Shown piece after piece: positions 57,922-64,000 of a stretch of 64,000 bases of DNA. Origin of the DNA: the human T2T-CHM13v2.0 reference genome, Homo sapiens; NCBI RefSeq assembly GCF_009914755.1, contig NC_060938.1; one strand, given 5' to 3'. The notes beneath the pieces are model-generated. The model did not search any database. It was not told where the DNA came from and saw nothing but the letters and a program-made list of their open reading frames with translations. The first letter of the stretch is position 1. Each line of letters begins with the position of its first letter. The position numbers and the translations under genes were made by a program.

Positions 57922-60900
57922 AATTATGTAAGAATAGTCAGGATCTTCCTGAAGAAAAAAAAAGACTACAGGAAGAATCTTATCTTTAGCTCCATCATAT
58001 ATAAAACATAATAAAAAGTGAAAGTAGCTAAAATATTATATTATTGACACCAGATAGACAGATTGTCTGTTAGAGTAGAGTCCCAAAATAGACCCGACTA
58101 TACCAGTGAAAAGAAGAAGAGAATGGAGATACTGCTATATTTGTAATTTCTTTATACTTTGCTGAGTGCTGACTTACTCGTTACCACGAAGGTGGGAGCC
58201 ATGGTTACATCTCTCTTCACTGTATACCCAGAAACCAACACAGTCCTTGGCAGGTAGGAAGATGTAAACATTTGTTGTCTGATTGAACAAATGTTAGGGA
58301 GTAGTTCATGTATTGCTTGAGGGCCACCCAGCTTAAGTAAACAGTGGTTGGTGATTCAAACAATAGTTTCTTAGGAGAAATACATATCATTTATTAAATC
58401 ATAGAAAGTCCCATTCAAATCATGATAGAAAAAATTGATTATTCAATAAGCATACTATTTTGAAATATTAAAGATAGATTTACACTCTACTTCTCATGCT
58501 TAAATAAACTAATATTGTTTTATAATAGCAAAAACACTGGGAAGAACTTAATCTCTAACAATATGGCACTAATTAAGTTCTTAAAACATACTTAGGGAGA
58601 TGTCGAAGACAAATTAATATACGTAAAAGCTAATAGCAGAATACTAAATATAGTATTCTTTCTTTAGTATAAAACCAATCTATCTTATATATAGTAATAT
58701 ACGAGCAAAAAAACTTCAAAAACGATATGCAATGCACAGCATGATCTAAAACTAGGTGAAGTCAACATGTGGTGGAGGAGATCTTATTTGAAATTTTAAA
58801 TTTTTTCCCACCAAGCATTATAGCACTTTAATGTTTGAAATAAAGAATACAGTTGGAAAAAAAAATAAAAGGAAATGTTTAGGACCTAGCAGTTAGATAG
58901 CAATTGAATTCAAGCCAAGTGTACAGATAGGAGTGTCTGAAATGGCTTTCCCTCTTACGATGATGATATATTTGGAAAGGTCTGGTGGGGTGTTTCTAAG
59001 GAAACTTAGCAGTGAAGTCCAAAACCATCATCTCCATCAAAAAAAGGGAGTAGGTCTCTGCGTTATGGGAAGATAAAAAGGGGAAGTGAATTGAATATTA
59101 CATTAATAACAAAAGTAAACATCTTTGTTTAAAACAACAACAGTCCTGCAGCTATTAAATCTCAGCAGACAGAACCAGACGAGAACAGGACTAACTGCTC
59201 AGATAAGACCCTGCCAAGAGTGAAAGTATCAGCAAAAGGAAATGTATGCTAGTCTAAAACTCAATTAATTTCATCAAGGGTATCACTGAAAACAAATTAT
59301 CATGTCCGATAACACAAAACCCTCACAAGCCAAAGGACACAGATAACACTCAAGTTCAAAGGCTTATAGTTTACTTTGTTTTTAGTAAGCTACATTTTCT
59401 CTAAACATAACAGGAATAATTAAAGGATGTTTCCTGTGCTGTTTCTGATATTAATTAAAGCTGTCCAGTGGTACCGATATGAGAACAATAGTGATAGAGC
59501 CAGCCAGTTTCATGTGAACTGCTTGTTGCAAATCAACTGAGGAGTTTGCTTTTTGGTATTAGCTCAATCTCACTTGTTCATGTTTGGAGTTACAGCAATG
59601 CAAAGTGCGTCCTTTTTCTTGACAATTGCCTTTCTATCTTCTTGTAGTGAGATTAGGAAATGAGCCAAGTGAAAGCTTGGTATCTGCACAAGCACAGATG
59701 GACATTGCTCTGTAGGTGGTTGAACTCTTTCCACAGTAGCCATTGGCTGGTGCACATCTGATTACCATTGTTTGGTCGCTCAAATGGGATTGTTTTTACT
59801 TTTGCTTTTTGATTTGTTAAAGAAAAATACAGAGTTGAGGAAACAGCTCAGGAATGAAGGCTGTGGCTCTGTGTTCTCACTCCCAAATATGACTCACATC
59901 TCTAATGAGGCTTGGGGCCAGTCACTTAACTCCTATGGCTCAATGTCTTTCTCTATAAAAAAAGAAATGGTAGCACCAAATGATCTGCAGTGGTGTTTTT
60001 GAAATTATCTAATGAGTGTAAAGGAATCTGAGAAAAAAATAAGGCAAAAGGAAAGATATATATCTTTATCTATAAAAGGGAAATAAAGATTGCTACATGA
60101 TAAATTGTTGTCAAGGAAGAAAAACATCTCTAAGGGAGAGCTTTAAAAATAGAACAAATTTTTATTTCTCTGGGGTGGTCCTAAAGGATCTGAAGACACA
60201 TATTGGAACTAGATAGTCTTACCAGGTCTCTTCCAGTCCTATGACTTCATAATGCCAAATCCTGAAAGATTGTCTGTGTTATACCTACGAAAATAGACTT
60301 ATCATTCTAGTCATTAAAGAACAAAAATGTGCCACAGTTCTTCTGTGTTTTACAAATTGAGCAAAACTGCTGAACTATGAAAAAAGTTTTAAATCTCAAC
60401 TCCTATAGCTCTTACAAACCTCAGGGAAAGTTCTAAAATCTTAACTTATAAAAATGAATTTTAGCAAAGAAAATGGATTACCATATTTCAATTAAAATTC
60501 TAAAGGACCCCAAAGGCCTTGAGAAGAAAAGATACAAAAACTGCCTTCAAAAACTGAAAGCAGTAACAACAACAAAAAAAGCCAATAAAAAAATCCCACA
60601 ATAAAATAATTTAATGAACATATGGATTTTTGCAACTGTTGAAGTTTGCTGCCAATTTTGTAGTTAATATTTCTGAAAGTCAGAATATGCTGATCACTAC
60701 GTGTTTATAAAAACATTCTCAATAGTAAAGACAAAATATTGCACTTTGGCACATTTACTGAGCACATGGGCAATTATATCAGACTCTTACTTCACTCAAA
60801 AAGGAGAGTAAAGTAAAGGAGGAAGCCTCTCTTGTAGTTTTATGTGATCTGTTTCAATACCTTAGGACTCTTGATGTAAGGGCTTTCTGTATGAACAGCT

Positions 60901-61407
60901 CACCAACATAGAAACAAATGACAATAGTCCTTTAAGTATTTAGTAATTGTAAAAATATTTGGGAAGATAAAAACGTGGGATTTTTTTGTGATATTTTCCA
61001 ATGACAGCTGGAAATATGATTTTTCTTTACTTCAGGAAACTAAAACCTCTGGGATTTTTCAAATGTTTATTTTGGACAAAGACTATGAAAACATTCAGTA
61101 TTTACCCTAGTGCCATTTGAAGCTCGTGTTTTGGGTCTGAGACGTCGTTTGGGCCTGAGATGTGCTCAGATTTTCATTTCAGTTGATGTAGCTTTGACTT
61201 GGAGCAAAACGTTACCTGTCATAGACTCGCACTGTGGAGAAAAGCTCAAGGCATGAATTAGTATCTTTAAAAATGTGCTCTTTCAAGCTCATGATCCTTT
61301 GGGGAGATCTGAAAGTCAAGAATTTAAGACTTTTCCTAAATAAAGGGGTTCTGGTACATCTGGAAGATGCATTTTTTTTCTCTCTCTCTTCTCTAAGAGA
61401 GAAACTG

Positions 61408-61720
61408 GGAGTGGGTGTAGTGGCTCATGCCTGTAATCCCAGCAATTCAGGAGGCCAAGGTGGGTGGATCGCTTGAGCCCACGAGTTCAAGACCAGCCTG
61501 GACAACATGGCAAGACCCTGTCTCTACAAAACATACAAAAAATTAGCCAGGTGTGGTGGCACATGCCTGTGGTCCCAGCTACTCAGGAAGCTGAGGTGGG
61601 AGGATAGATTGAGCCCAGGAGGTTGAGGCTGCAGTGAACATGATTGCACCACTGTACTCTGGCCTGGGTGACAAGAGTGAGACCCTGTCTCAAAAAAAAA
61701 ATTAAATTAAATTAAAAAAA
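61408..61720 (+). mobile_element. AluJ, full length
   Basis: gatcgcttgagccc..gcaagaccctgtc..tgtggtcccagc..gaggttgaggctgcagtga. Confidence 0.95.
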
Positions 61721-61721
61721 G

Positions 61722-61730
61722 GAGAGAGAT

Positions 61731-61765
<35 letters not shown>
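61722..61765. repeat. (GA)n microsatellite
   Basis: About 16 pure GA units preceded by an interrupted stretch. Confidence 0.95.
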
Positions 61766-61768
<3 letters not shown>

Positions 61769-62899
61769 TGAATGTGAAGGGGATACCAGGAGAGCTCTTC
61801 GGTTTCCATTCTCTATCTTCTCTAACCAGGATGAGTATTAGGAGACACGCAGCCTCTAATGATTATATAGAGTAAGATGGCGTTGATATAATAGATCTTC
61901 CTTCAGCTCTGCTCTCAAGAGCTACACCTATTCCTTTTTTTTCCTGGGGTGAGAGTGAGTGCTTTTCTTCACTCACTTTATGGCAAGTCTTGCAGAAGTA
62001 GCTCCTGTCTCCGGTTCCCCTACTTCACTCCCGTGTTTCTTCACCTGGTTAAAGTTATGGGTGCACAACCATTTCTGCGTTTTAAACCAACTTCCCACTC
62101 TCGATGCAGGTAATAATAAAGTGGGTTTGGGAAAGGCCAAGATTTAGGCACGAAAGCCAGCTAATGTGGACAAAGCAAAGTGAGGAGAGGGAAATATCTG
62201 TCGGGGAGGGAGCATTTCCTGAGCCTGAGGAGTGAGAACTTTCTACAAGAGGGTCTGGCCGGGTCTGTGTCTGCCCAGAAATCTTCTAATGGAGCTCAGA
62301 AAAAGGCTACTTTGCTTTGTGACAAGCAGAGTGTGCCCATTGTGGTTCTCTTTGCAGGAGACCTGGCCCAGCAGGCTGTCTGGCATAGCATGAGTTTCCC
62401 CGTCTCTAGAGCGTATAGGCAGCAGCCAGATACCAACCAGCTCAGATGTGGGAGAGATGGGCATTGTAGTTCTTCACTGTCATTTTAACCTGTCTTAATC
62501 TCCTCCTGAAATGATAAAGTAGCTGCAAACAACATCAAAACCTGGTAATATTAACATGATTTTTAGCCAAGGAGCCATGTCTTCAAAAGAAAATGTGTGT
62601 GGAAACTCAATATACAAAACAGCTAAAAGTCAAGCTATTCTAGGTTTGTGGTGGGATGGGGACCTGAGACCCCACTCAATTGCATCCCCTGCTGCCCTCC
62701 CTAAGAACCTGTCCTCAGAGAATCCTATGAAAATTATTGCTATAACCGAACACCTCTGCTTTTGAGTCCACACACACCTAGCATATCACATACTCACAGA
62801 CAGATGCTTTTTCCCCATTGCGAGAAATGCAATGCCAGATTTCAATGTTCCTGTGACCTGCACAGAAAACAGTCCAGGGATTGTGCCCACTTTCTCACA

Positions 62900-63000
62900 A
62901 ATTCTTGCTAAGTGCTTAGTATGTGCCAGGCACTGTTGTAGTTGCAGGGCTACAGTGATACGTCAGTAGCCATGATCCCTGTCCATATGGAAATGTACTG
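62900..63000 (-). mobile_element. L2 3' fragment
   Basis: aagtgcttagtatgtgccaggcactgtt..cagggctacagtg..catgatccctgtcc. Confidence 0.7.
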
Positions 63001-63249
63001 CACCGTGAAGCTTTAGTGAAATGATAAAGTAGCTGCAAAACACATCAGCATCCCCATTCCTGTTCTCCTTCTTCTTTGGCCTTTGTCTCCTCTAGGCCAT
63101 TCCTTTCCAACTTTCCAACCTCTAGGTCATTATGGTATCGTTGGTTTCACTTGACCATTTGAATACTCCAGGTAAATTCTTGAACAATAAAGCTCACATT
63201 AGAGGGGGAGATTGAACATGTCTCAAGTCATCTGAAAAATTCTGGAAGT

Positions 63250-63880
63250 TTTAGTCCACTACAGTGGTGTGACATGGTTCACAAAAAACTCTAGGCTGCA
63301 TGAACAGGAGCATCATTCCTGATCCAGTGAACTTTTAGTCTTGTTGTCTTCTCTCTTTTCAGATCACATCCAGGGGCCAAAACCAGTTCTGTGAGCCACT
63401 GGATGAAGACATTGACCAACTAGAAAGCATCTGCAGAGGTCAAGTAGGACCATGGGAGATCCAGATTCCATTTAAACAAGAATGCCTTAAAGAAGTGGGA
63501 ATATTTAGCCTGAGTGAGAGAAAATGCTCTTACTCTGTGTGTGATCAGAGGAGGAGAAAGGAGGACAAAGTTACATCAATGTGATCAGCAACCATTTGAT
63601 AGAGCTACTGTGCTCGAGAGGGGACAGTTTGATTTATACGTTTGACAAGGTGGAGCCAGGATCAATGAGTGAACATTAAAGGAAAGAATATTTGGGCTCA
63701 ATATTTGGGCTCAATATTTTGGGCTCAATAATTTGGGCTCAATAAGGAGGACTTTCCCAATAATTACAACGTTCCAAACTTGAAATGGGGTGTCTCAAAA
63801 AGGAGTGAGTGCCCTGTTACTGAAAACATTTAGGTTAGGGCTAAATAGCCATCAATTAGGGTGATATAATGAGATTCCTG
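63250..63880 (+). mobile_element. CR1/L3 3' region
   Basis: gacattgaccaactag..gggaatatttagcctg..ggatcaatgagtg..tttgggctcaata..gtgagtgccctgttactg. Confidence 0.7.
63687..63744. repeat. Minisatellite aatatttgggctc x4.3
   Basis: Four 13-14 bp units read directly. Confidence 0.95.
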
Positions 63881-64000
63881 TGACTGTTCCAACAAGCATC
63901 TGGTGTGCACCAGTCATGTAGATTCTAAGAGACACTGAGAGCAAAGAGAAACACTTCCTCCCTCAAAGAGCTCAGGGTTTCAAGAGACTGACATGTAAAC

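Larger units (their letters stand above)
55930..58100 (+). mobile_element. Very old L1M ORF2 relic in pieces (about 55930-56215, 56860-57010, 57925-58100)
   Basis: gcaaaaatcctgaacaaaatact..aattcaccatattaat; attcaatgtagtcccaaacaaaattc; aagaatagtcaggatcttcctgaagaa. Confidence 0.55.

Overview
This looks like primate non-coding genomic DNA, probably catarrhine and likely human or ape, judged from AluY, AluS and AluJ copies, a young L1PA, THE1/MST LTRs and strong CpG depletion. It is intronic or intergenic and AT-rich. A large share is recognisable interspersed repeat: about 10 Alu/FLAM copies, L1PA/PB/MC/MD/ME fragments, MIR, L2, CR1/L3, MaLR and ERVL LTRs, an ERVL internal remnant, MER21 and DNA-transposon relics. 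I found no credible host protein-coding exon, RNA gene or CRISPR-type array. The only real protein homology is to L1: an ORF2 C-terminal frame open for about 395 codons, plus a degraded ORF1 relic. The best observations are structural: nested insertions with readable target-site duplications (TSDs), a trimeric Alu, a likely twin-priming L1 inversion, micro/minisatellites arising inside repeats and an unexplained direct repeat 510 bp apart. Several repeat-free, motif-dense islands look like candidate enhancers. I cannot support a novel biological system here. Subfamily names come from recalled consensus features and need RepeatMasker/Dfam confirmation; boundaries of old repeats are approximate.
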